In this document: one piece after another, positions 16,386 to 27,397 of the stretch
Position numbering within the stretch: position 1 is the stretch's first letter
Layout of the letters: every line of letters starts with the position of its first letter
NCBI RefSeq assembly: GCF_003945235.1
Contig: NZ_RSDW01000001.1
Span: 5,880,001 to 5,912,000, forward strand
Reading direction: 5' to 3'
Origin: Edaphobacter aggregans
GTDB lineage: Bacteria; Acidobacteriota; Terriglobia; Terriglobales; Acidobacteriaceae
Length of the DNA: 32,000 nt
The notes under the pieces: model-generated
What the model saw: the letters and a program-made list of their open reading frames with translations, nothing else
What the model was told of the DNA's origin: nothing
The model's database searches: none
Translations under genes and position numbers: made by a program

Positions 16386-16413
16386 GGAGAGACGCTTGAA
16401 TCAACAGAACGAC

Positions 16414-16965
16414 ATGAGGCGAAGAGTAGCGGCTGCGCTGTTGTGCGCCGGACTCGGATTTGGCGCGGAAGGGTGCCGCAAGAAGGTGCAGGTTCCTCCT
16501 TTGCCTCAGATTCAGGCCCCGATTGCGCTGGAGACGCCACCTCCGCCAGAACATCCGCCGATGATTGAGCCTCCGGTGGTGAAGCTGCCGCCGGTGCCGG
16601 TTGCCTCCAACGGGGCGAAGCCAAAGCGGGAGAGGAGAAGGCCCGCGGCCAAGACTCCCGCGCCTGAGCCTCCTGTGCAGGTGGCGAGTGCCGAGCCCGC
16701 AACAGAGGAGGCTGCAATTGGCGCGCTGACTTCTGGCGGAGAGGCGAATCCAAAGTCGCAGCAAGAGGCTGCGGAGATGATTGCCGCGAATGAGAAACGG
16801 CTGAATGGGTTGTCGGCGCAGATGTCGGATGAGCAGAAGGCGCAGATCAGCAAGGTGAAGAATTTTCAGCGGCAGGCTCAGGAAGCGCTGAACTCGGGGG
16901 ATGTTGAGGGGGCGAAGACTCTGGCGACTAAGGCGAAGTTGTTGCTGGATGATTTGTTGAAGTAG
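16414..16965 (+). CDS. Hypothetical exported proline-rich protein
   Basis: The ATG at 16414 gives MRRRVAAALLCAGLGFGAEGC, which is signal-like but has no canonical lipobox. A Pro-rich spacer follows (PPLPQIQAP...PPPPEHPPMIEPPVVKLPPVP), then a helical C-terminus. The track start at 16357 overlaps the kinase. Confidence 0.55.
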   Translation: MRRRVAAALLCAGLGFGAEGCRKKVQVPPLPQIQAPIALETPPPPEHPPMIEPPVVKLPPVPVASNGAKPKRERRRPAAKTPAPEPPVQVASAEPATEEAAIGALTSGGEANPKSQQEAAEMIAANEKRLNGLSAQMSDEQKAQISKVKNFQRQAQEALNSGDVEGAKTLATKAKLLLDDLLK

Positions 16966-17014
16966 GTGGTGGGTGGCAAAAACAACAGCAACGGCGAAAG
17001 TCGTGTCTCTCCAA

Positions 17015-17049
17015 CTACGCTGCTCACGATGATGCCGTGAGCAGCGTAG
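17015..17049. terminator. Perfect 14-bp-stem hairpin between convergent genes (probable bidirectional terminator)
   Basis: CTACGCTGCTCACG-atgatgc-CGTGAGCAGCGTAG. A T7 run lies at 17063-17069, 13 nt downstream on the + strand, which is further than in canonical intrinsic terminators. Confidence 0.5.
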
Positions 17050-17094
17050 TGGTCTAGATGATTTTTTTGGGGTGGTTGAAGAGAATAGTCAACT

Positions 17095-17157
17095 GCAAAG
17101 ACAGAAGCAGATCCCTACGGGATGACAAACAAGAAGAGCAGCGGCAACCACAGAGCC
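17095..17157. repeat. Second copy of the CAA/GCA-rich hairpin repeat element
   Basis: GCAAAGACAGAAGCAG-ATCCC-tac-GGGAT-GACAAACAAGAAGAGCAGCGGCAAC has the same layout as 10635-10714. GGCAAAAACAACAGCAA at 16975-16991 also echoes GGCAAACAACAGCAA at 10640-10654. Confidence 0.4.
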
Positions 17158-17170
17158 GTTGATGAGTGGG

Positions 17171-20179
<3,009 letters not shown>

Positions 20180-20352
20180 ACCTGGTGTCCTTCGGGGGTG
20201 CAATTCGACCCAGTATCTAGTGTAAATGGTCTGGGGAGGTGGTGGGAGGCCGGAGCGTGTGGAGATGGTCAAGCAGTTAGTTCAAATGAAATGGGGTATA
20301 ACTTGCCGAAAAACCCGACTTTCGGACTAGCCGCCATGACAATAAGCTGAAG

Positions 20353-21063
20353 CTAAACGCGGACTGATGCTGCCGACGACAGGATTCTGTCTCGGATCAC
20401 TTCCGGGCTGACGGACCCCAGCAGTATGAACTCTCGCCATTTTCCGGTCGTCAGGCCGATGCGGATCCGCCCCGAGTGCGGTATACCGCCCATGCCCCAT
20501 TTGCTCTTATCAGTTGCCTCTACGTAGGCGATTTCCGAACCTGGAATGAAGAAACCGCCTTTCAACTTTGCAAGGTCCTTGACCGCACCACGGTCCCGCA
20601 TGAGTTTTGGGTCGTCGAGCATCTCTTTGTACGGTTCATAGAACTGCGGGCGTGCGGCACTTACCGGGCCTTCAACCTTCCAACCATAGAGACCATCCGG
20701 CGCAGCGAATACGAGGTAGGTCCGATTGAGAATCAGGCCGTAGTACTCCATTCCCACAAATCCCGACATAGCTTCGTTCGGATTTGTCGAGATGGATGGG
20801 TCTCGGCCCAGGATGGCATCGGCCGGAGCAGCCGCGCGCAGCGAGAAATAGCCAGAGACAAATGTCCAGATGAGTACCACCACGCCGGCAAACCCAGAAA
20901 TGACGAGGATGAACTTCCAATCAACCCTCCACCTCCCGTCAAACAGGTCATTGATAAGGGCCTTCGCGACCTGTCCACAGACAACCACGCAAAAGGTAAT
21001 GAGAGCCGACCTAGCTGCTGTTCTAAAAGCTAGCCTTACATCTCCGCTGCCGCTTTGTGCCAT
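20353..21063 (-). CDS. Hypothetical membrane-anchored protein
   Basis: The ATG at 21063 gives MAQSGSG..., with an alternative GTG at 21102. There are two hydrophobic helices (SALITFCVVVCGQVAKALI and FILVISGFAGVVVLIWTFVSGYF). A soluble C-terminal domain of about 150 aa follows, in which I recognise no motif. A sampled line has about 55% GC. Confidence 0.55.
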   Translation of the reverse strand: MAQSGSGDVRLAFRTAARSALITFCVVVCGQVAKALINDLFDGRWRVDWKFILVISGFAGVVVLIWTFVSGYFSLRAAAPADAILGRDPSISTNPNEAMSGFVGMEYYGLILNRTYLVFAAPDGLYGWKVEGPVSAARPQFYEPYKEMLDDPKLMRDRGAVKDLAKLKGGFFIPGSEIAYVEATDKSKWGMGGIPHSGRIRIGLTTGKWREFILLGSVSPEVIRDRILSSAASVRV

Positions 21064-21124
21064 TTCTCTTGAAGCCCATCCCAGGTTCAACACAGATATC
21101 ACTACAAGTAAACCACGAGTCTAA

Positions 21125-21955
21125 TTATTGGGGTTTGACATAGGCGACGAGCCGGGATTTGGCGTTGCGGAGCGCTGTGACGACTGCATTGGCGTTGAGT
21201 TCTGCTCCCTCGGGGCTGGTGTGGGTGTGGTCGATGGGGAAGAGGGTGGCGGTTTTTTCGGGGCCGAGGGCTTCGAGGCGGTCGGCTTCTACGGTGGCCA
21301 TGTCGATGAAGGTTATGTGCTGGTCGGCGGCTAGCTGGCGGATGTCGGCGTCGTAGCCCATGTCGCGTTCGATCCTTGGCTTGCCGTCCGCGTCTGCCTT
21401 CCAGATGTTGCGGATGGTGAGGGAGAGCAGGATCGGAGTGGCGCGTTTGGCGCGGGTGTCGGCTATGTATTTGCGCATGTACCAGCCGTAGGTGTGGACG
21501 GTTTCGGTGTGGCCGTCGGGGAGGATGACGTCTTTGGTCTCGTCGCCGAGGCCTTTGATGGAGCCTCGGGGTTTGGTGCCGCCGAGGTCGCCGCCGTCGT
21601 TGTGGCCCATCTGGAGGAGGACGAAGTCGCCGGGCTTCATTTCGGCGAGGACTTTGTCCCAGGAGCCTTCGTTGATGAAGGTGCGGCTGCTGCGGCCTGC
21701 GTGGGCTCGATTGGCGATGTTGATGCGTGTGGTGTCGAAGTAGTGGGCGAAGTGGTCTCCCCAACCGAGGTCGGCCTGGTTGCGGGCGGTGGAGTCGCCG
21801 ACTATGAAGACTGTCGGTAAGGCTGGGTTGAGTGGGGCGTTTTGGGCGACGGCGGTTTGGGGTGGGGCGTCGGGGGTCGTGGGAGTTTGGGTGAAGGCGG
21901 TCGCGGTTGCGATCAAGAGGAGACAGAGGACGCCAATCGATGCCGGTCGCTTCAT
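21125..21955 (-). CDS. SGNH/GDSL hydrolase, rhamnogalacturonan acetylesterase-like (CE12-type)
   Basis: The ATG at 21955 gives the signal peptide MKRPASIGVLCLLLIATATAFTQ. Block I is FIVGDSTA, followed by GRSSRTF and MGHNDGG. Block V is DHTHTSPEGA. Confidence 0.8.
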   Translation of the reverse strand: MKRPASIGVLCLLLIATATAFTQTPTTPDAPPQTAVAQNAPLNPALPTVFIVGDSTARNQADLGWGDHFAHYFDTTRINIANRAHAGRSSRTFINEGSWDKVLAEMKPGDFVLLQMGHNDGGDLGGTKPRGSIKGLGDETKDVILPDGHTETVHTYGWYMRKYIADTRAKRATPILLSLTIRNIWKADADGKPRIERDMGYDADIRQLAADQHITFIDMATVEADRLEALGPEKTATLFPIDHTHTSPEGAELNANAVVTALRNAKSRLVAYVKPQ

Positions 21956-21977
21956 GGCGGCAGCGTAACACCATGCG

Positions 21978-21992
21978 AATGACAATGTCATT
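21978..21992. promoter_or_regulatory. Perfect 7-1-7 palindrome upstream of the esterase gene
   Basis: AATGACA-a-TGTCATT lies 23-37 nt upstream of the ATG at 21955, in the gap after MFS copy 2. Confidence 0.3.
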
Positions 21993-22046
21993 AGGAAAAC
22001 TATGTTTCTTTAGGAATATTCATCCGGGTTGGACGGCGACGATGTA

Positions 22047-23660
22047 TTAGTGGCCGCCCATGGCCTCGGGATCAACCTTGGCGTTCTTAGTCGGCAGTCG
22101 CATGACGAACGGCAGCGGTACCAAGCAGAAGATGACGATGGAGAGGATGAAGAAGGCGTTCTTGTAGCTGAGCATAGTGGCCTGACGGAGCATGTCCTGA
22201 TAGGCGCGACCGATGGCTACCTGTGAGGCTGTGGCGGCGGGCATTCCGTGGGAATGCAGGTAGTCCGCCATGCGGTTGATGTAGAGGCGGTACGGAACGC
22301 TGTTGGGAACGACATTCGCAGCGAGCGTTGCCTGATGGACCTGTGAGCTGCGAGCGATATAGGTGGTGAGCAGGGCGGTGCCAGCGCTGCCGCCCAGGTT
22401 GCGGGCGAAGTTCGAGAGGCTGGAGATCTGGTTGGTCTTGCTCATCGGGACGCCGACGTAGTTAAGGGTGCTGATGGGGATGAAGACGAAGGGCAATCCT
22501 ATGACCTGGGTCATGCGCCAGATGGTGACAGTGCTGAAACTGGTGTAGAGATCGAGCCGTGTGAGGTTGAAGATGCCAATCGCTGTAACCATGTAGCCGA
22601 GGGCGACCATCAGGCGAGGGTCGAATTTGCCGAGAGATCGGCCTGCGACGGCCATCATGATCATCATGACAAAGCCAGCGGGGGAGAGCACCATGCCCGC
22701 TCGTTCGGCGGTGTATCCGAGAAGGACTTGCAGGTACTGCGGGATGAGGACTGTCGAGCCGAAGAGCACCATGCCAAGGATGAGCTGGAGGAAGACAGCA
22801 GTGCCGAAGTTTCGGTTTTTTAGGAGTTTGAGGTCGACGATTGGGTCGTTGTGGTTCCACTCCCAGATCGCGAAGACGATGAGTGTGATGGCTGCTAGGG
22901 AGGCGAAGGTGACGATCATCGGCGAGCCGAACCAGTCCTTCTCCTGGCCCTTGTCGAGGGTGAACTCGAGGAACCCTACGCCGGTGGCGACGAGGCCGAG
23001 GCCCATGAAGTCGACCTTGGAGTGCTTGGCGGCTTCGCGGCGGGCTTTGAGGTGCGGTGGGTCTTCGACCATGCGGTTGCTCAGATAGAGCGAGAGCAGG
23101 CCGACGGGGATGTTGATGAAAAAGATCCAGTGCCAGTTGAAGTTGTCGGTGATCCAGCCGCCGAGAGTGGGGCCGATGGCGGGTGCGACGACGACGGCCA
23201 TGCCGTAGACGGCGAAGGCCTGGCCGCGCTTTTCGACGGGGAAGGTGTCGGCGAGGATGGCTTGCTCGCTGGGGGCGAGGCCGCCGCCGCCGGCTCCCTG
23301 CAGAATGCGCGCGAAGATGAGAAGGGGCAGGGAACGGGCGAATCCGCACAAGAGCGAGCAGGCGGTGAATATGGCCACGCAGGTCATGTAGAAGCGCTTG
23401 CGACCGAAGCGATTGGAGAGCCAGCCGGAGATGGGCAGGACGATGGCGCTGGAGACGAGGTAGCTGGTGAGGACCCAGGTGGCCTCTTCCTGACTGGCGC
23501 CGAGGGTTCCGGCCATGTGGGGAAGGGCGACGTTGGCGATGGAGGTATCGAGGACCTCCATGAAGGTGGCGAGCGTGACCGTGAGCGCGACGGCCCATGG
23601 ATTGTGATGGGGCCGCCAGGCGGGTGGGGTAAGGGCGGGGGCTGTCGCGGTCGCTGCCAT
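22047..23660 (-). CDS. MFS transporter, DHA2 (EmrB/QacA, 14-TMS) drug-efflux family, copy 2
   Basis: Supporting motifs are LATFMEVLDTSIANVALPHMAGTLG, FGRKRFYM, ARILQGAGGGGLAP and APAIGPTLGGWITDNFNWHWIFFINIP. By eye it is roughly 55-60% identical to copy 1 over the N-terminal half. The SD AGGAGA lies 6 nt upstream of the ATG. Confidence 0.9.
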   Translation of the reverse strand: MAATATAPALTPPAWRPHHNPWAVALTVTLATFMEVLDTSIANVALPHMAGTLGASQEEATWVLTSYLVSSAIVLPISGWLSNRFGRKRFYMTCVAIFTACSLLCGFARSLPLLIFARILQGAGGGGLAPSEQAILADTFPVEKRGQAFAVYGMAVVVAPAIGPTLGGWITDNFNWHWIFFINIPVGLLSLYLSNRMVEDPPHLKARREAAKHSKVDFMGLGLVATGVGFLEFTLDKGQEKDWFGSPMIVTFASLAAITLIVFAIWEWNHNDPIVDLKLLKNRNFGTAVFLQLILGMVLFGSTVLIPQYLQVLLGYTAERAGMVLSPAGFVMMIMMAVAGRSLGKFDPRLMVALGYMVTAIGIFNLTRLDLYTSFSTVTIWRMTQVIGLPFVFIPISTLNYVGVPMSKTNQISSLSNFARNLGGSAGTALLTTYIARSSQVHQATLAANVVPNSVPYRLYINRMADYLHSHGMPAATASQVAIGRAYQDMLRQATMLSYKNAFFILSIVIFCLVPLPFVMRLPTKNAKVDPEAMGGH

Positions 23661-23695
23661 ATCAGTCTCCTGATATGATATCAGCTAGCTGATAT
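23659..23695. promoter_or_regulatory. Four-half-site operator array filling the MFS/MarR divergent intergenic region
   Basis: ATATCAG-tctc-CTGATAT-g-ATATCAG-ctag-CTGATAT (23659-65, 23670-76, 23678-84, 23689-95). This gives three overlapping perfect dyads. The MFS start codon overlaps the first half-site, and the marR ATG follows the last one directly. Confidence 0.6.
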
Positions 23696-24175
23696 ATGTC
23701 GAAAGTCAAGGACGAGACACGGCAGAAACAGACGAGGCAGGCGGCCCAGCTGATGAAGCGGATCCTGATCCATTTTCGTGGGCAGATGGATGAGCTGCTT
23801 CGTCCGCAGGGTGTGACGATAGCGCAGCTACAGGTGCTGTATGCGATTCGCAGCGCGCCGGGGAGCTCGGGGGCGCAGTTGGCGCGGTCCTGCTATGTGA
23901 CTCCGCAGACGGTGCAGGCGCTGCTGAAGCATCTTGAAGAGGGTGGATTTATCGTTCGCGGCAAGGACAGGGTGAACGACCGGATCGTTACGGCGAGTTT
24001 GACGCTGGCTGGCGAACAATTAATGGAGTCGGCGGAGGAGACGGCTCAAACAATTCAGGAGAGGCTTTGGCAGGGTGTTGCTGATAGCGACCTCAGCCGG
24101 TTGAATGAGTTGTTGATGCAATGCCTGGGGAATATTGCGCCGGAGTCTGTGGACGAGATCAGCAGCGGCCGTTAG
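23696..24175 (+). CDS. MarR-family transcriptional regulator
   Basis: It is 159 aa with a winged-HTH region VTIAQLQVLYAIRSAPGSSGAQLARSCYVTPQTVQALLKHLEEGGFIVRGKDRVNDRIV. It is divergent from MFS copy 2. Confidence 0.88.
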   Translation: MSKVKDETRQKQTRQAAQLMKRILIHFRGQMDELLRPQGVTIAQLQVLYAIRSAPGSSGAQLARSCYVTPQTVQALLKHLEEGGFIVRGKDRVNDRIVTASLTLAGEQLMESAEETAQTIQERLWQGVADSDLSRLNELLMQCLGNIAPESVDEISSGR

Positions 24176-24963
24176 GGTTTCGCGGTCGCGTGGAAACGCA
24201 GGCGTACGTAGTCGGCGGCCCAGTTGCCGTCAGCGTCGCGGAGAATTGGTTCGAGTAGAGCTACGGTTCTGGAGAGAGCTGCGGTGCGGTCGTTGGGGGA
24301 GAGGCGGTCAAGGACGCCGTTGCGGAAGGTGTTGAGCCATGAGTCCATTCCGTTGGGTAGCGGGGTGGGGCGGGGGATGAGCTCGATGGATTGCACGGTA
24401 AAGCCTGCGGCTTCCAACAAGCGGCGATAGACGGCGGGTGCGGGATAGAAGGAGGCGGCGTGGGCCTCGGCGTCGATGCCGTAGGGGGCGAGGACGGTTT
24501 GGAGTGCGGTGCGGATGGCGGCGATGTTGCCCTGGCCGCCCATTTCGGCGACGAATCGTCCGGTTGGATGGAGTGCGCGGTGGATGCCGGTGAGGATAGC
24601 CGGGTGCTTCGCGGCGGGGAGCCAGTGGAGGGCGGCGTTCGAGAAGACGGCGTCGAATTGGTTTTCGTACGGTAGGGCGTCGGCGCTGTGGAGTTCGACG
24701 TTGAGGCCGCGGGTGCGGGCGGCTTCGAGCATGGCAGGGGAGTTGTCGACGCCGGTGACGATGGCTCCGGTGGCGGCGAGCTGTTCGGTGAGGGCTCCGT
24801 CGCCGCAGCCGACGTCGAGGATGGTTTCGCCGGGCTGGGGAGCGAGAAGATCGACTACGTCTGTAGCCAGAGTGGCGACGAAACGGCCGTTGGCGGCGTA
24901 GGCTGCGGTGTTCCAGGTCTGACCTTTGGGGGTGGCGGTGGGCTGGGCCTGCGTGTCTTCCAT
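24172..24963 (-). CDS. Class I SAM-dependent methyltransferase (Tam/trans-aconitate-methyltransferase-like)
   Basis: Motif I is ILDVGCGDGALTEQL, followed by VTGVDNSPAMLEAAR and FDAVFSNAALHWL. Its 3' end overlaps marR by 4 nt in convergent orientation. Confidence 0.8.
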   Translation of the reverse strand: MEDTQAQPTATPKGQTWNTAAYAANGRFVATLATDVVDLLAPQPGETILDVGCGDGALTEQLAATGAIVTGVDNSPAMLEAARTRGLNVELHSADALPYENQFDAVFSNAALHWLPAAKHPAILTGIHRALHPTGRFVAEMGGQGNIAAIRTALQTVLAPYGIDAEAHAASFYPAPAVYRRLLEAAGFTVQSIELIPRPTPLPNGMDSWLNTFRNGVLDRLSPNDRTAALSRTVALLEPILRDADGNWAADYVRLRFHATAKP

Positions 24964-25050
24964 AGGCTCATTGTTTCGCGCGGGTGTTGCGATGCGCCAG
25001 CAGGATAAGCATTTTCTAGTGGGTCATAAGCGAGACGGCATGATCGCGCT

Positions 25051-25395
25051 TTAGTGTTGCAGGAGTTCCTGGAGGACGATTGCGTCGTTGTGCTGCTCGT
25101 CTTTTACGCCGTAGAGAAGGGTCACTGGGCCTTTGGCTATTGCTTGTTTCAGGACTGCCAAATGCTCGCTGTTGTGTTTGAGCTCGGCGTGGTAGCGGGT
25201 TTTGAAGTCTGCCCATTTGGCGGGATCGTGAGCGAACCACTTGCGGAGCTCGGTGCTGGGTGCGATCTCTTTCAACCACAGATCGACGCGGGCCTTCTTT
25301 TTCGATAAGCCTCGCGGCCAGAGGCGATCGATTAGAATTCTGGTTCCGTCGTTGGCGTTTGGTTCGTCGTAGACGCGTTTGATGGTTAGTTTCAT
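25051..25395 (-). CDS. DUF488 (YeaO-like) family protein
   Basis: IKRVYDEP...[53 protein letters not shown] matches the pattern I recall for DUF488. It is 114 aa. Confidence 0.75.
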   Translation of the reverse strand: MKLTIKRVYDEPNANDGTRILIDRLWPRGLSKKKARVDLWLKEIAPSTELRKWFAHDPAKWADFKTRYHAELKHNSEHLAVLKQAIAKGPVTLLYGVKDEQHNDAIVLQELLQH

Positions 25396-25407
25396 CGTGT
25401 GCGGACG

Positions 25408-25815
25408 CTAGGTACCGTAGCCGCGGTGTTTCATGGCCAGCAGCTCCTGTTCGCTTGGCCAGGAGATGGTTAGTAGGAAGGCGGAGTCTTCGAGGGCCTC
25501 TATTTCGTGCCTGATCGAAGCACCAAGGGTGAGGAGATTTCCAGTTGTCAGATCACGGGCCTTGCCTTTGACGACAAAGCGTATCTGCCCCTTGAGGATC
25601 TGCACGGAGATGGTGCCGTCGGCGTGGTGCTCCTTCATTTTCGCGGAGGGCTCCATTGTGATCAGCACGGTTCTGAAATCGGGTTTCTTGAAGAGAGTCT
25701 TTGCGTAGTGGCCGGACGGCCAGGGCTTTTTACTTTCACACTCCGCGATCTCCTGTATGAGATCGAACTGGGCGACATGGTCGATCATGTTGCCGTCATC
25801 TTTTGAGGTGGTCAT
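25408..25815 (-). CDS. Cupin-domain protein
   Basis: The ATG at 25815 is preceded by the SD GGGAGG. The beta-barrel region is FRTVLITMEPSAKMKEHHADGTISVQILKGQIRFVVKGKARDLTTGNLLTLGASIRHEIEALEDSAFLLT. The track's 47-aa N-terminal extension is unlikely to be real. Confidence 0.7.
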   Translation of the reverse strand: MTTSKDDGNMIDHVAQFDLIQEIAECESKKPWPSGHYAKTLFKKPDFRTVLITMEPSAKMKEHHADGTISVQILKGQIRFVVKGKARDLTTGNLLTLGASIRHEIEALEDSAFLLTISWPSEQELLAMKHRGYGT

Positions 25816-25954
25816 CTCTGTTAACCTCCCGTCCGCACACATCCTATGCCTTATGGGGTTTCGCTGCACTTCGGCTGGTGGTTGAGTTGCATATACTTGT
25901 GTTTCGCTTGTACGTGGCGTGGCGAGCGGAATGAACGAGTTCAGGAGTGGATAC

Positions 25955-27397
25955 ATGGCGGAGATGATGACGGCAGCGGTAGAGTTTGCGCAGAAGAATC
26001 GGGTGCGTTTTGTCGATGAGTTGAAGGCGCTGTTGCGGATTCCTTCGGTGTCGACGCTGCCGGAGCATGTTGGCGATGTACGGCGTGCGGCGGAGTTCGT
26101 TGCGGCGGAGCTGGAGCGGATTGGGATGGAGAATGTCCGGCTGATAGAGACGTCGACGGATGAGCGGGTGATCGCGGATGCTTCGGGACATGCGCTGCTG
26201 GTTCCGGCGCGACATGGGCATCCGCTAGTCTATGCGGATTGGCTGCATGTTGAAGGTGGTCCGACGGTGCTTTGCTATGGGCACTATGATGTGCAGCCGG
26301 CTGAGCCTCTGGATGAGTGGAAATCGCCGCCGTTTGAGCCGACGGAGCGCGATGGGAACATCTATGCGCGCGGTGCGGTGGATGACAAGGGACAGATGTG
26401 GATGCATGTGAAGGCGCTGGAATCGCTGTTTGTCGCGGGTGGCGGGAAGCTGCCGGTGAATGTAAGGGTGATCGTTGAGGGTGAGGAAGAGGTCGGCGGC
26501 GAGGGGATTGCCCGGTTTGTCCGTGAGCATGGGGATGAGCTGAAGGCAGATGTTGCGCTGGTGAGCGATACGGAGATGTTCGCGCCAGAGCTGCCGACTT
26601 TGTGCGTCGGGCTGCGGGGGATGATTTATACGGAGATCGAGGTGCGGGGGGCTCGGACGGATCTGCACTCGGGGATGTATGGCGGGGCGGCTCCAAATCC
26701 TTTTGTGGCGCTGGCGCAGGTGATTGCGAAGCTGAAGGATGATGAAGGGAAGATTTTGATTCCGGGCTTCTGCGACAAGGTAGCGAAGCCGACTGCCGAT
26801 GAGTTGAAGGCGTGGAAGGCGCTGCCGTTCGATGAAGAGCACTATCGCGAGACCGAGGTTGGTTCGGTTACGCTGACGGGCGAGCCGGGGTATAGCGTAC
26901 TGGAACGGACGTGGGCGAGGCCGACGCTTGATGTGCATGGGATGCCGGGAGGATTTATTGGCGCGGGCGCGAAGACGGTGATTCCGGCGAGGGCGCTGGC
27001 GAAGGTGAGCATGCGGCTGGTTCCGGATATGACTCCGGCGGAGAGCTTTGCGAAGTACAAGGCTTATGTGGAGTCGATTGTGCCGAAGGGCGTGGAGCTT
27101 CAGGTGCGGATGATTCATTCGGGCGACCCGATTGTGGTGAGTACGGATAATGCATATGTGAAGGCTGCGACTGAGGCGATGCATGAGGTCTTCGGGAAGG
27201 AGACGGTGTTTGTGCGTGGCGGCGGCTCGATTCCGATTGTGGGTGACTTCGTGCGAGAGCTGAAGATTCCGACGGTGATGATGGGGTTTGGGCTGCCGGA
27301 CGACAATCTGCATGCTCCGAATGAGAAGTTTCATCTGGCGAACTTTCATCGTGGCATCGAGTCGATTGTGAGGTTTCTGAGCGGAGTGGGGGCTTAG
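25955..27397 (+). CDS. M20-family metallopeptidase/dipeptidase (ArgE/DapE/CPG2-like)
   Basis: The ATG at 25955 has a GGAG SD 9 nt upstream. Supporting motifs are LLRIPSVS, GHYDVQP, RGAVDDKG and EGEEEVGGEG. The dimerisation domain carries TDLHSGMYGGAAPNP. Confidence 0.85.
   Translation: MAEMMTAAVEFAQKNRVRFVDELKALLRIPSVSTLPEHVGDVRRAAEFVAAELERIGMENVRLIETSTDERVIADASGHALLVPARHGHPLVYADWLHVEGGPTVLCYGHYDVQPAEPLDEWKSPPFEPTERDGNIYARGAVDDKGQMWMHVKALESLFVAGGGKLPVNVRVIVEGEEEVGGEGIARFVREHGDELKADVALVSDTEMFAPELPTLCVGLRGMIYTEIEVRGARTDLHSGMYGGAAPNPFVALAQVIAKLKDDEGKILIPGFCDKVAKPTADELKAWKALPFDEEHYRETEVGSVTLTGEPGYSVLERTWARPTLDVHGMPGGFIGAGAKTVIPARALAKVSMRLVPDMTPAESFAKYKAYVESIVPKGVELQVRMIHSGDPIVVSTDNAYVKAATEAMHEVFGKETVFVRGGGSIPIVGDFVRELKIPTVMMGFGLPDDNLHAPNEKFHLANFHRGIESIVRFLSGVGA

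Noticed and set aside
20180-20272. A 31-aa N-terminal extension of SecA in the ORF track
   Set aside because: The conserved SecA N-terminus ([11 protein letters not shown]) begins at the TTG at 20179 with AAGGA upstream, and the extension has no SecA counterpart.
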